A stretch of DNA of 63,103 nt, counting the filler, from Chiloscyllium plagiosum (Eukaryota): NCBI RefSeq assembly GCF_004010195.1. It is 3 parts of one record of this genome, joined end to end, with 100 filler letters (N's around TTAATTAATTAA, not from the genome) between each part and the next. Parts side by side here need not be neighbours in the genome. Positions count along the whole stretch, not along the records: positions 47,685 to 63,103 come from NC_057714.1; 2 more parts are not named here. The stretch is one strand, 5' to 3'. A program made the position numbers and the translations under genes. Of this stretch, positions 48,031 to 60,859 are shown piece by piece. How positions within the stretch are numbered: position 1 is the first letter of the stretch; each line of letters begins with the position of its first letter. Below the pieces are notes generated by a model. The model did no database searches, had not been told where the DNA came from, and worked only from the letters and a program-made list of their open reading frames with translations.

Positions 48031-50400
48031 TGAGTGGCTTGGAGGGGAACTTGCAGGTGGTGGTGTTCCCAAGTACCTGCTGTCCTTGTCCTTCTAGATG
48101 GACGTGGTTGTGAGTTTGGAAAGTGCTGTCTAAAGATCTTTGGTGAATTTCTGCAGTGCATCTTGTAGATAGTACACACTGCTGCTACTGAGTGCTGGTG
48201 GTGGAGGGATTAAATGTTTGTAGATGTGGTGCCAATCAAGCGGGTTGTTTGACCTGGATGATGTCAAGCTTCTTAAGTGTTGTTGGAGCTGCACCCATTC
48301 AGGCAAGTGGGGAGTATTCTATTACACTCCTGAATTGTGCTTGCAGATGGTGGATAGACTTTGGGGTGTCATGAGGTGAGTTACTTGCTGCAATATCCCT
48401 AGTTTCTGACCTGCTCTTGTAGTCACTGTGTTTATGTGGTGAGTCCAGTTGAGTTTCTGGTTAATAGTAACCCCAAAGATGTTGACAGTGGAAGATTCAG
48501 TGATGGTAATATCGTTGAATATCAAGGGTGCTGGTTTGAGTATCTCTTATTGCAGTGGTCATTGTCTGGCATTTATGTGGCACAAATGTTACTTGCCATG
48601 TCGGCCCAAGCCTGGATATTGTCCAGATCATGTTGCATTTGAGCATGGATTGCTTCAGTATCTGAGCAGTCAGGAATGGTGCTGAACACCGTGCAATCAT
48701 TGGTGAACATTCCCCCTTCTGACCTTGTGACAGAGGGAAGGTCATTGATGAAGCAGCTAAGATTGTTGGGCTTAGGACACCACCCTGAGGGACTCCTGCA
48801 GAGGTGTCCTGGAGCTGAGATAACTGACTATCCACAACCACCACCATCTTCCTTTGTGTCAGGTATGACTCTAACCAGCGGAGTGTTTGCCCCCTGTTAA
48901 TCATTGATTCCAGTTTTGCCAGGGCTCCTTGATGCCATACTCAGTCAAATGCAGCCTTGATGTCAAGGGCTGTCACTCTCACCTCACCTCTGGCATTCTG
49001 CTCTTTTGTCCATATTTGAACCAAGGCTGTAATGAGATCAAGAGCTAAGTGACCCTGGCAAAATCCCAACCGGGCATCACTGAGCAGGTTATTGCTGAGC
49101 AGGTGCTGTTTATGACCCCTTCCATTTCTTTACTGATGATGGAGCGTACACTGATTGGGCGGTAATTGGCTGGGTTGGATTTGTTCTGCTTTCATCCTCA
49201 CTAACGCTCAATGCTGGAGCCCCCCAAGGGTGCATACTCAGCCTCCTACTGTACTCACTGTATACCCATGATTGTGTCACCAAATACCAGATTAATGGCA
49301 TTTACAAGTTTGCTGATGACGCCATCATGTCTTTTGAATCTCAGATGATGACGAAACAGACTACAGATGGGATGTGGAAGACTTGGAAAAATGGTGCACT
49401 GAGAACAACCTATCTCTCAATGCCGGCAAAAGCAAGGAACTCATTATTGACTTTTACTGGGATGTTACTCATGCCCCCCCCCCCCCCACACACACACATT
49501 AACAGTACAGAGGTGGAATGAGTGGAGTGTCAAACTCCTGGGAGTGGTCATTAACAACAAGCTTTCTTGGACTCTTCATGTAGATGCACTGGTTACAAAG
49601 GCCCAACAATGTCTCTTCTTCCTCAGGCAGCTTAGAAAATTTAACATGATGGCGAATACCCTTGCCAACTTTTATAGGTGCGCCATCCAGAGCATTCTCT
49701 CTGCATGTGTGGCAACTGCCATTTAAGATCGGAGACAGTTCCAGAGAGTGGTAAACTTAGCCCGGACAATCACAAAGGCCAACCTCCCATCTATAGAATC
49801 CATCCACAAGGCCCGCAGTCAAGGAAAGGCCACCAGCATTCTCAAAGATTCATTCCACCCTGGTAATGCTTTTCTACAACCTCTACCATCGGGGAGAAGG
49901 TACAGAAGCGTGAACACATGCACCAGCCGGTTTTGAAACAGTTTCTACCCTACTGTTGTTAGAATACTGAATGGACTCACAAACTCTTAGCATTCACCTG
50001 TGCCTGTGTTTTGGTTTTTGCCGCTGTTTACCTATTATTTACTTATCTATGCTATTTAAGTATGTGATCTGCCTGTATTGCTCACAAGACAAAGCTTTTC
50101 ACTGTGCCTCAGTACATGTGACAATAAATTCAATTCAATTCAATTCTGTGTACAGGGCATACCTGAGCAATTTTCCACATTGTCGGGTAGATACCAGTAT
50201 TGTGACTGTAGTGGAAGAGCTTGGCTAGGAGAGTGGCAAGTTCTAGAGAACACGTCTTCAGTACTATTGCTGGAATGTTATTAGGGCCCATTGCCTTTGC
50301 AGTGTCCAGTACCTCCAGCCATTTCTTGATATTATGTGGAATGAATGGAATTGGCTGGAGATGGAATCTGTGATGCTGGGAACCACTGGAGGAGCATCTG
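48030..50400 (-). mobile_element. CR1-clade LINE (DeuSINE-partner type) interrupted by a Rex1/Babar element
   Basis: WLESYLTQRKMVVVV..AGVPQG.VL.P; QKLNWTHHINTV; the sequence resumes after 50145. Confidence 0.75.
49185..50145 (+). mobile_element. Rex1/Babar-like LINE 3' portion
   Basis: LNAGAPQGCILS.LLYSLYTHDC...KFADD; KAQQ.LFFLRQLRKF..FYRCAI.SIL; LPSGRRYRS; (attca)n tail. Confidence 0.85.
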
Positions 50401-50639
50401 TGGACAGAAAGCAGAATTTACATTTCAGATCCAGTGAAGGCTCAGTTGACTGGATTGTTGATTTGTGATGCAGAGTGATGCCAATAGCGTTGGTTAATTC
50501 CTGCACTGACTGAGATTGCCATGGAGGTCCTACCTTCTCAACCTTTCTCACTGCCTGAACTATGATCACCCTCAGGTTAAACCACTGTCAGTTGTCTCAC
50601 TCCAATGACTCAGCAGCCCATGGCCCATAAGACTTTACT

Positions 50640-51720
50640 GACTGCTAAAACCCTCATTCATGCTATTTTGCCTCTGGACTTGATAATTCCAACCATTCTT
50701 GGCTGGCCTCCCACGTTACCTTCTATAAGCTTGAGGTGAGTTAAATGCTGCTCTTTTCTTTACTCATATCAAATCTTGTTCACTTATAATCTCTGTGCTT
50801 ACTGACACACAATAAAGCAACACTTCAATATTAAAATTATCATTTTCATTTCCAAATCCCTCAGCAGTATTCCTCATCTAATTCTGACCTCTTGAGCATC
50901 CAGGATTTCAGCCCTGCCACTACTAGTGGCTATGACACTAATTACTGAGGTGCTAGCTCTAGAATTTCCTGCCTAAGACACTTTACCTCTTTTTCCTACT
51001 TTTTCTTAAACCCATACCTTTGACCAATCATTTGGCCAACTGCCCTAATATCATCTTTTATAGCACAGTGTCAAATTTTGCTTTCTAACACTCCTCTGAA
51101 GTGCCTTGGGATATTTTATCACATTAATTAAAAATTAGAAGACTGAAGCCATTGTCTTTGGTCTCTGATCCAAACTCGATTCCCTAGCCACTGACACCAG
51201 TCCTCTCTTTGACAACTGTCTGAAACTAAATCACAGTTTTCACAATATTGGTGTTATATTTGATCTCAAGTTTAGGTGACCAATTACTGAGCATTCTCTA
51301 AGATTGTCCATTTCCACTTTCAGAATAACACTTGGCTTGACCTGTGCTTCAGTTCAGTTGCTACTGAAACCCTCATTCATGCCTTTGATACCCCCAGACC
51401 TAACTATTGAAATTCACTCCAGGCCATCCACAATCCACCCTGCTAGACTCAAGATCACTTAGAACTCTGGTACCACAGTACAAAGATATTTTCATTCATC
51501 TCCCTTATATTTGTTGATTTACATTGGCTGACAGTCATGCAGCATCTTAATTTTATAATTCTCAACTTTGGTTTCAAACCACTCTATGACACAGTTCTTT
51601 TCTATTGCCATAATCTGCTCCAGCTCCGCAATCACACAGCTATCAGATCAGTCTGATCTGTTGTTCATCCAGGATTTCAAATGCTCTACTATGGGTAGCC
51701 GTGCCTTCAGCTGCAGGAAT
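50640..51720 (+). mobile_element. Old L2-like LINE fragments
   Basis: ETLIHAF...LDY.N..LAGLP-like remnants at about 50650 and 51365; further L2-like tails at about 52580-52750 and 56780-57420. Confidence 0.6.
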
Positions 51721-53480
51721 ATAGAACAGTACGGTACAGGAACAGAACCTGCCAACCATAATGCCATTCTAAACTAATCCCATCTGCCTGCACATGGTCC
51801 ATATCCTTCTATTCCCTGCCCCTTTGTGTATCTGTCTAAATGTGTCTCAAACATTAGTATCATATCTGCTTCTGCCTCCACTGTCAGCACATTCCAAAAA
51901 TAAATTGTCTCGCATATCTTTAAACTTTCCCTGTCACACCTTAAACCTATGCCCCCTGATATTTGACATTTCCACCCTGGGAAAAAGACTTGGGCGATCC
52001 ACACTATTTGCGCCTCTCATAATTTTATATACTTCTGTCAGGTCACTCCTCAGCCTCCGAAGCTCTAGCAAAAGCAATTCAAGTTTATCCAACCTCTCCT
52101 TATAGCTAAGACATTCAAATCCTGATGAACCTCCTTTGCGCCCTCTCCAAAGCATCCATATCCTTCCTATAGTGTGATCACCAGAACTGCACACAATATT
52201 CCAAATGTGACTAAACTAAAGTTTTATACAGCTGCAAAATGACTTGCCAACTTTTGTACTCAATGCCCTGATCAATGAAGGAAAGCATGCCGTATACCTT
52301 CTTTACCATCTTATCCATTTGTATAGTTACTCTCCAGGAGGTTTGGCTTTGTACCTCAAGATTCTACTATATATCAATGCTCCCAAAGGGTCCTGCCATT
52401 TACTGCATACTTTCCTCTTGCAATGACCTCCAAAAATGCATCACCTCACACTTGTCTAGATGAAACTTCATCTGCCATCTCTCCGCCCAACTTTCTAACT
52501 GATTTATATCCTACTGTATCCTTTGACAACCTTCCCCACTATCTCATCTCGACCTCTTAGTGTTGTCTGCAAACCTCTTTGACTCTCTGTCTTCTTTTCT
52601 TCCTTTGAAATGCTACTTAAAACCCTACTTCCTTGAGCAAAGTTGTGGACATCTGTCTGAATATCACCTTCTGTGTCTTGGTGACTAATTAAGTCTTAAA
52701 GCACCGCAATGAAGCAGCTTGGGACATACTATTTTAAAGTGCCAAGAAATATAAGCTTTTATTCAGAAGACTTAGAGTCATAAAGCTTTACAGCATAGAA
52801 ACAGATCCTTCAGTCCAATTCATCCAATGCAACCAGATAACCTATAAAAATCTAGTCCCATTTGCCAGCACTTGGCCCATATACCTTGAAACTCTTCCTA
52901 TTCACATACCCATCCAGGTACCTTTTAAATGTTGTAATTGTACCAGTCTCCACCATTTCCTCTGGCAGCTCATTCCATACATGGGCCACTTTCTGCGTGA
53001 AAAAGTTGCCCCTTAGGTCATTTTTAAATCCTTCCTCTCTGTCCTTAAATCTATGCACTCTAGTTTTAGATTCCCCTTCCCTAGGGAAATGACCTTGTCT
53101 ATTTACCCTATTTGTGCCCTTCATGATTTTATAAACTTCTATAAGGTCACCCCTCAGCCTCCGAGCTTCAGGGAAAATAGCTCCAGCCTTTTCAGCCTCT
53201 CCCTGTAGCTCAAACCCTCCAGTCCTGGTAGCATCCTTGTAAATCTTTTCTGAATCCTTTCAAGTATCACAACACCCTTCCTTTGGCAAGGAGACCAGAA
53301 TTGCATGCACTATACCAAAACTGGCATAAAGAATGTCCTGTACAGCCACAGCATGACTTCCCAACTCCGATAGTCATTGCACTAACCAATAAAGGCAAGC
53401 GTATCAAAAGCTTTCTTCACTATCCTATCTGTCTGAGCCGCCACTTTTAAGGAACTACGAACTTGCACTCCAAGGTCTCT
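51720..53480 (-). mobile_element. Two CR1 3' portions
   Basis: RRLRSDLTEVYKIMRG; LRGNFFTQKV..VWNELP. Confidence 0.85.
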
Positions 53481-53954
53481 GGTCAGCAACATCTCTATTT
53501 GATTATTTGAGCCTACTAAATGATCTTTGCTCAAATTGTGATTGGCTAAGTATGAATGTTGACTCAGAGGAAAGTAAACAGACACAAAGGTGCAGGCACC
53601 ATGGACAGAATGGCTTCCCTCCATATTATAATAATTCAGTGAATCTGTGACAGAAACTACAAGACATGGTCGAGATATTTTAAAGGATATTGTAAAAGTT
53701 CATTAATAAACTTCTTGTAGTTGGAAATAGGCCTTGCATAGATCCAAGATATTTAAACATTGCCACTGTGTCAGCGGTGAAGGAGTGAATATTGAAGGTA
53801 ATAAATGAGTTGGCACCAAGCAATCTGTTTTAGCATGGATAGTGCAAGCTACGTTGAGTTCATTTGGAGCTGCACACATCCAGGCAAGTACAAAGTATAC
53901 CATCATGACCTCTGCCTTGTACATGGTGGACATGCACTGAGGTGATAGAGGATG

Positions 53955-54850
53955 ATTTGATTTGATTTATTATTGTCACATGTACCAATATACAGTGAAA
54001 AGTATTGTTTTGCATGCTATGCAGACAAATCATATCTTACATAAGTACATCAGAGTAATAGAACAGAACACAGAATATAGTATCACAGCTACAAAAGAGA
54101 TGCAAAGAAAGATTAACTCTAATATATGACAAGTCCATTTAAAGGTCTGTTAACAGAGGGCAAGAAGCTGTTTTTGGATCTGTTAGTATATGTTTCCAAA
54201 CTTTTGTATCTTCTGCCCATTGGAAGAGGATGGAAGAGAGTATAACCGGGGAGTGAGAGTTTTTTGAATATATCAGCTGCCTTCCTAACGCAGTGGGTAG
54301 TATAGATGGAATCAATGGAAAAAAGGCTGTTTTGGGCTATATTCACAACTCTGCCATTTCTTGCAGTTTTGGGCAGAGCAGTTGCCATATCAAACTGTGA
54401 TGCATCCAGATAGGATGCCTTCAATGGTACGTCTGTAAAAATTGGTAAGAGTCATTGTAGACATGCTGCATTTCCTTAATCTTCTGAGGAAGTAGAGACG
54501 TTGGTGTACTTTCTTGACTGTAGCACATTGTGAGTGGGCCAAGATGGGTTGTTAGAGTTGAAACATGTGGCACTGGAAAAGCACAGCAAGTCAGGCAGCA
54601 TCCGAGGAACAGGAGAGTCGACATTTCGGGCATAAGCCCGATTCATTCCTGATGAAGGGCTTAGGCCCACAATGTTGACTCTCCTGCCACTTGGATGCTG
54701 CCTGACCTGCTGTGCTGTTCCAGACCCACACTTTTCGACTCTGACTCTCCAGCATCTGCAGTCCTCACTTTCTCTCAGGATAGATTGTTGGTAATATTTA
54801 TTCCTAGGAACTTGAAGCTCTCAGCACCTCCACCTCAGCACCCTTTATAC
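53955..54850 (-). mobile_element. Rex1/Babar-like LINE 3' portion, interrupted by an inverted Penelope-terminus pair at 54554-54775
   Basis: FHPLPMGRRYKSL...KNSFLP; (gattt)n tail; a similar + fragment lies at about 59120-59470. Confidence 0.75.
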
Positions 54851-54854
54851 ACAG

Positions 54855-55233
54855 GCGACCCTCTGTGTGGAGTTTGCACATTCTCCCCGTGTCTGTGTGG
54901 GTTTCCTTCGGGTGCTCCGGTTTCCTCCCACAGTCCAAAGATGTGCAGGTCAGGTGAATTGGCCATGCTAAATTGCCCATAGTGTTAGATGAAGGGAGAA
55001 AGTGAGGTCTCTCTCTGCTCATTCCTGAAGAAGGGCCTGTGCCCGAAACGTCGAATCTCCTGTTCCCTGGATGCTGCCTGACCTGCTGTGCTGTTCCAGC
55101 AATAAAGTTTCATGTTAGATGAAGGGGTAAAATGTAGGGGAATGGGTCTGGGTGGGTTGCAGTTCGGTGGGTCGGTGTGGACTTGTTGGGCCGAAAGGCC
55201 TGTTTCCACACTGTAAGTAATTTAATCTAATCT
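54855..55233 (+). mobile_element. HE1-type V-SINE (5'-truncated) interrupted by a 116-bp insert
   Basis: V-domain and tail; insert 54997-55112 flanked by TGTTAGATGAAGGG direct repeats. Confidence 0.85.
55021..55056 (+). ncRNA. Minimal type-I hammerhead ribozyme motif (Penelope type)
   Basis: ATTC-CTGAAGA-A-GGGC-CTGT-GCCC-GAAA-CG-TC-GAAT: stem I ATTC/GAAT, intact core, stem II GGGC/GCCC, palindromic ACGT in place of stem III, GUC cleavage triplet. Confidence 0.75.
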
Positions 55234-55641
55234 ACAACTAAAACTGATTGGAAGGAACTTTTACATTACCATTATAGATATAATTAACCCCTTGTGTTGT
55301 AAGAGTGTATGAATCAATAAATTGCTTCTGCAAGAATTATTCTCCTACATTGTATTGATTATGCGTTTTAATCCCAAACTCAGAAGCTTTCCTCTTAGGT
55401 TTTGTATGTCTTTCCTAATAATTTACACATAGTTGCATTGTTGTATTTGCTAGTTTGTGCTAGGTATCTTCATCCTCTTATAATATCCTCTGAGGGAGAA
55501 AATACCCTTTTAACCAATCTCAGTTGGATTTGAATTCACTCTGTGTTCTGTAGCTTCACCCATCTTCTGGCAGAGTTTTGGAAACCGATATATATAGAAA
55601 ACCGTATTGGCAATGATCAAAGTCTGTCATTGTTCTACCAG

Positions 55642-55707
55642 ATGTGGGAAAGACTATCATATCTCAGTCACAAGCCGAAGGGTGTTGGCTTGTATTCAGA
55701 ACTTTAG
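55642..55707 (+). CDS. Candidate exon (66 bp, phase 2-2: CGKDYHISVTSRRVLACIQNF); alternative acceptor at 55554
   Basis: Acceptor tcattgttctaccAG; donor AG/GTGAGG; unique sequence; in frame with the 56200 and 57469 candidates. Confidence 0.3.
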   Translation: MWERLSYLSHKPKGVGLYSEL

Positions 55708-56199
55708 GTGAGGTTAGGAAACCTTTTGGGTGCAACAAGTAACACAGGGTGCAGATTAACACATTAGATCACTGAACATAATCACAAAGGGATAATTAAA
55801 AATAAGTATGCCTTTGTAATTGAAAAAGTTACAAGAAGACCATGAAAACACAGTTTAATTGTGACAGAGGACAGCACAGGGTGTAAATGTCCCACAGTCT
55901 TTTATATCCTGTAACGCCAGTTAATGGTGAGAGACAGGCAATTTTGAAATTAACTAGTCTGCCAAAAGATCAATCTATTCAAACTTTGGACTGTTTGGCC
56001 CTGAAAACGGAAGAGCTAAGGGAATATCCAGTAAGAAGGAAATACAATCTCTTGCAATCAATACAATCCTCCTTTTAAACTTTGTCTCCCTTCACTCATT
56101 GCTTTGTCTCTCTCTCTCTCTCCCTCTCCATTTTCTTTGTTTTCCTGCTCCATTCTTTCTACTTTTATCCATTCTCTCATTGCTTATCTCTTCTGTCAG

Positions 56200-56280
56200 A
56201 GGAATCACTCTACCACATAGTAAACAGGGGACAAGCAACAAGTTGTTTGTTCTTAATGCAAATAATGAGCAGGAAATTCT
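56200..56280 (+). CDS. Candidate 81-bp exon (phase 2-2: GITLPHSKQGTSNKLFVLNANNEQEI)
   Basis: Very long polypyrimidine tract ending ttctgtcAG; donor GTAAGA. Confidence 0.35.
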
Positions 56281-57029
56281 GTAAGATGTTTTCACACTGA
56301 TGGTGTACATTTGCAATAACGTGTTAGATTTGCAGCCATTAGTATCCACAGAATAATTCAATCTAAATAAATCCATAAATGTACTTAAGTAATATAATCC
56401 GTCAAAAGATGATAAAGAATACTGAAAGGAGGGTCATAAGGGAAAGTGTTTAGCTTCATTTGTAAAGGGGAAAATAATGTAGAAGAAAGAGAAAGCTTTT
56501 ATAAACCATTTTAATGCAACAATAGAACCAGAGGACTCAGTTTGTGTTTGAAGGTGAGTTGTGCGGTAGGGTTAAATTCAAAACCAATTGGCTGAAATGA
56601 TGCTTCATAGAATCTATGGAACAGGGTAATCGTAGATAATACTGGACAATTCAAGTATGAATTGGATGGATCTATTCCAGAAATAACAATTTGGGTTGTA
56701 ATAAACAAGTAATTTGAGACAAAACATCTAGAAACTCAAATGACAGGATCAGATGTCTTTGGACCAGTTTCTCACAAAGTTCTTCACCATTTTTCTCTTT
56801 CAAATCTCATCCTAACTCTGGAACTTCCTCCATCCCAATAAACCTTTAAGATCCCTGCATTCCTCTAATTTTGGGTCTTTCCCGATTTTTGTTGTACCAC
56901 TATTGGCTGTTGTGCCTTCAGTTCCTGGATCCTAAGCTCTGGAATTCCTCATATAATCTTTTCAACCTGTCTACTTCTTCTCTAAAGATACCCCAAAAAC
57001 ATTTTAACCAAGTTTTTGATTATCAGACC

Positions 57030-57348
57030 TAATTAGATTAGATTCCCTAGAGTGTGGACACAGGCCCTTCGACCCACCAAGCCCACACCAACCCTCTGAA
57101 GAGTAACTCACCCAGACCCATTTCTCTCTGATCAATGCACCTAACACTATGGGCAATTTAGAATGGCCAATTCACCTGACACGCACATCTTTGGATTGTG
57201 GGAGGAAACCGGAGCACCCGGAGGAAACCCACGCAGACATGGGGAGAATGTGCAAACTCCACACGGACAGTCGTCCAAGGCTGGAATCGAATCTGGGTCC
57301 CTGGTGCAGTGAGGTAGCAGTGCTAACCACTGAGCCACTGTGCCGCCC
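57030..57348 (-). mobile_element. HE1-type V-SINE (near full length)
   Basis: Head gggcggcacagtggctcagtgg, V-domain, (taatc)n tail. Confidence 0.88.
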
Positions 57349-57468
57349 TGTAATATTTCCCTTAGGTGCTTTCGGACCAATTTTGAATGCTATTCTTCCT
57401 ATGAAGCTCCTTGGGATGTTTTACATTAAAGCTGTTAATTAATGTTGTTTTTGTATTCCTCGCTCCAG

Positions 57469-57549
57469 AGCATCAACGTTTGTTTGTTGGACTGTCGCTG
57501 TCTGCATGTGTGAGCAGGGATTTAGACTTTCACCTAACAGAGTTATATG
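57469..57549 (+). CDS. Candidate 81-bp exon (phase 2-2: ASTFVCWTVAVCMCEQGFRLSPNRVI)
   Basis: Acceptor ttttgtattcctcgctccAG; donor G/GTAATA; length is a multiple of 3. Confidence 0.35.
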
Positions 57550-58429
57550 GTAATAATTTATATTTTTGCTTGCCTGTGGACAGAATTGATTTAACTGTAA
57601 TAAATTGCAGTCCATATTAAGTACAGAAACCTGGTCAGTGTTTTCTGTAACCTGAGTCCAACAAACAGGTAAACTGGGGATTTTGATGAATTTGATTAAA
57701 TATTTAGTTTTTATGATGACCCTGGCAGGAGTGAGGCTCAAGTATCAGCACATTTTCCCAAGTGGGTCATGGCGTCAGGTAAGGATAGCAGATTTCCATT
57801 GCTTAAGGACACTAGAAAACCATCAAGGCTTTCGCAACAATTAATATTGGCTATTCCAATCAAAATTACGAAAACTAGCTTTCAATACCAGATTTTGAAG
57901 TTAATTCCAAGATCTGTTGGATGTTAGTGCCTGACACTGCCTGTTTTCCTAAAATTTTATCCTAGGCTTCTGTCTTGCTAATCCTGTCACATTACCACTT
58001 TGTTGCTGTGTTCCTAAACTGTCACAGGGGAATATTCTAACTATGGCATGAGTGAATGTCCAAGACATCAAAGCTGTATTTGATCGGGAACCCTGGCAAA
58101 ATTAGAGTTCTTTGGGAATCAGAAGAATGCTCTCCATTGATTAGATCATACCCAGCAAATAGAAAGATTATTGTGATTGTTGGGGGTCAGCCATCTCAGC
58201 TCCAGGACATCACTGCAGAAGTTCCTCAGGTATTGCCCCAGGTCCAAACATTTTCAGCATCACTATTTTTAAAAACTCCATCCACTAAATTACTTAATAC
58301 ATGACTGGAATACTGAAGAAAACATAAAAATTGCTGACAGTGTCAACAATTACTTAATTAGCTGGTACTCTGGTGAAGATAATTTATTGATCAGTCCTTA
58401 GTGAAAATCCTGTGTTTTTTAAAAAAAAA

Positions 58430-60660
58430 ATTCATGGAATGTAGGTATCACAGCATTGATCAGCATTTACTATCCAACTCTAATTCCTCTTGAGAAGGTG
58501 TGGAGAGCTGCCTTCTTGAATTGGTGCAGCCCATTTGATGTAGGTAAACCTACAATGCAATCAGGAGGGGAGCTCCAGGAATTTGCCTCAGCCACACTGA
58601 AGACTGGTGATATATTTCTAAGAAGATGATGAGTGTTTGTGAATTTGGTGACAATGAAATGGGCTCCTTTGTCTTGAATGAAGTCAAGCTTGTTGAGTGT
58701 TGTTGGATCTGCACTAATTCAGGCAAGTGGAGAATATTGTTTCACATTCCTGATTTGCGCCTTGTAGACGGTGGTCAGGTTTTGGGGAGTCAGGAGCTGA
58801 GTTACCCATCACAGGACTCCTAGCCTCAAACTGATCTTGTAGCCACAGAATTCATATGAACAGTCCAATCCAGTTCAGTTGCTGATCCATGCTGTACCCT
58901 GCAGAATGTTCATAATTGGTAATAATATCCCTACTCATGCAAGACACTATTTACATATGTTGAGGCAAATAGAAGGTCCTATAACTGAATGGGCCCTTAT
59001 TATACTTTGGCAGAAAAACCGTAGATGGTGATCTTGCCCAGTGTTCCTTGGTTCCTTGATGGTAGCTGCTTCAAAACTTTAGTGCTTCCCTCGGCATGTA
59101 GTCCTGGACCATTCAGTGATAATAATGCCATTCTCGCTGCCACGAAAAGGCAGCCAACATAATCAAAGACCTCTCCCACCCCAGATATAATCTCCTCCAA
59201 CCTTTTCCCTCAGCTATAAATATAAACACTTAAACACACAGACCATTAGATTCAAGAACAGCTTCTTCCCCGCTGTTATCAGACTTCTGAATGCACCTTT
59301 AAATTTCAAATTCAATGCTGACCTCGCCATTTGTGCACCTTCTCTCCAGCTGTTACAATGCATTCCGAGCTCTATTCTATTACCCTAATGCGCTTTGTAT
59401 GGTATGATCTGTCTGTACTGGATGCAAAACAAAACTCTTCACTGTACCTAGCTAATTAATCAAATCAAATGAATGTAAAGGAGTAATGGTTAAATTGTCT
59501 ATTGTTGGAAATGTATCCAAGCCTGGATATTATCCATGTCTTGCTGCATTTTTAACATGGACTGCTTCAGTATCTGAGGAGTTGTGAATGAGCACTGTGC
59601 AATCATTGGCAAATATTCTCACTTCTGACCTTAAGATGGAGGGAAGATGATTGATGTAGCAGCTGAAGATGGTTAGGCCCAGGACACTATCCAGAGGCAA
59701 TTCTGCAGAGATGTCCTGGAGCTGTGATGACTAAAATCCAACAACCACAACCATCTTATTTTGTGTTGGGAATAACTCCAATCATTGGAAAGTTTGCTCC
59801 CGATACCCATTGATTCCATTTCTATTGGGGCTCCTCGATGCCACATTTAATCGAATATAACCTTGATGTCAAGGGCTGTCCCTCTTACCTTACCCCTGAA
59901 TTAAGCTCTTTTGTCCATGTTAGAACCAAGGCTGTAATGTAGGCAGGAGCTGAGTGACAGAAAATACCACTACCTTCAAGTCCCCCTCAAAGCCATTTGC
60001 CATCCTAGCTTGGAAATATGTTGCCTTTTCTTCACTGTCGCTGGGTCAAAATCCTGGAAATCCCTCCAGCAAATGAACTGCAGTGGTTCAAGAGGCAGCT
60101 CACGACCAAGGGCAACTAGGGAAGGGCAATAAATCTTGGCCAGCCATCAAGGCCCACATCCCATGAATGAATAAGGAAAAGAACTCAAACTGAGTGTCAC
60201 TGAGGAGGTTATTGCTGAGTAGGTATTGCTAAATAGCAATGTGCTGATTCCCTCCATCATTTTACTGATAATTGAGAGTAAATCAATGGGTGGGTAACTG
60301 GCTAAGTTCGATTTGTCCTGTTGATTTGTTTTGTTATCAGGAGATAATGGGCAATTTTCCACATTGCTGGGTAGGTGTCAGTGTTCTTGTTGCAGTGGAA
60401 AAGCTTGGTTAGGACTGCAGCAAGTTCTGGAACATGAGACTTCAATACTATTGCTGGAATGTTGCAAGCCTATAATCTTGCTTATACTGTACCATAAACC
60501 ACTTCTTTTTCCAGTGAGTTGTCTAACTGTCCAACACCATTTATGACTGGATGTGCAGGACTGCAGAGCTTAGATCTGATCTGTTGGTTTTGGTATTATT
60601 TAGGTCTGTCTATCACTTGCAGCTTATGCTGTTTGACATACAAGTAGTCTTGTTTTGCAA
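58430..60660 (-). mobile_element. Old CR1-clade LINE fragments
   Basis: Homologous to the 48030-50400 family (gatgtcaagggctgtc, ccaaggctgtaatg). Confidence 0.7.
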
Positions 60661-60859
60661 CTATAAAAAGCAGTGTTGACAAAAGGATACCAGTAGATGA
60701 TGTGGACGGATTGAGGATTGATTAATACGCAGAAACCAGAATGTTGGGATTTTGGATATTGTTCAAACTGGAAAGGACTAACTAGTGGAGTGCCACTAGG
60801 ATCAATCTTAGGATCTCAATTATTCAGTATCTATATTAATGACCAGCAATACAGAAAAG

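Noticed and set aside
55270..55327. Possible minus-strand 58-bp exon (KQFIDSYTLTTQGVNYIYN)
   Set aside because: Weak polypyrimidine tract and no supporting partner exon or paralog.
55899..55908. Minus-strand TATAAAAG as a promoter for the mini-exon gene
   Set aside because: There is no credible first exon downstream (the nearest ATG stops after 4 codons) and the motif is common in AT-rich DNA.
57469..57549. EGF-like look of CMCEQGFRLSPN and C-type-lectin-like look of KLFVLNANNEQEIL
   Set aside because: The required upstream Cys/Trp spacing is missing and the intron phases do not fit, so no domain is assigned.
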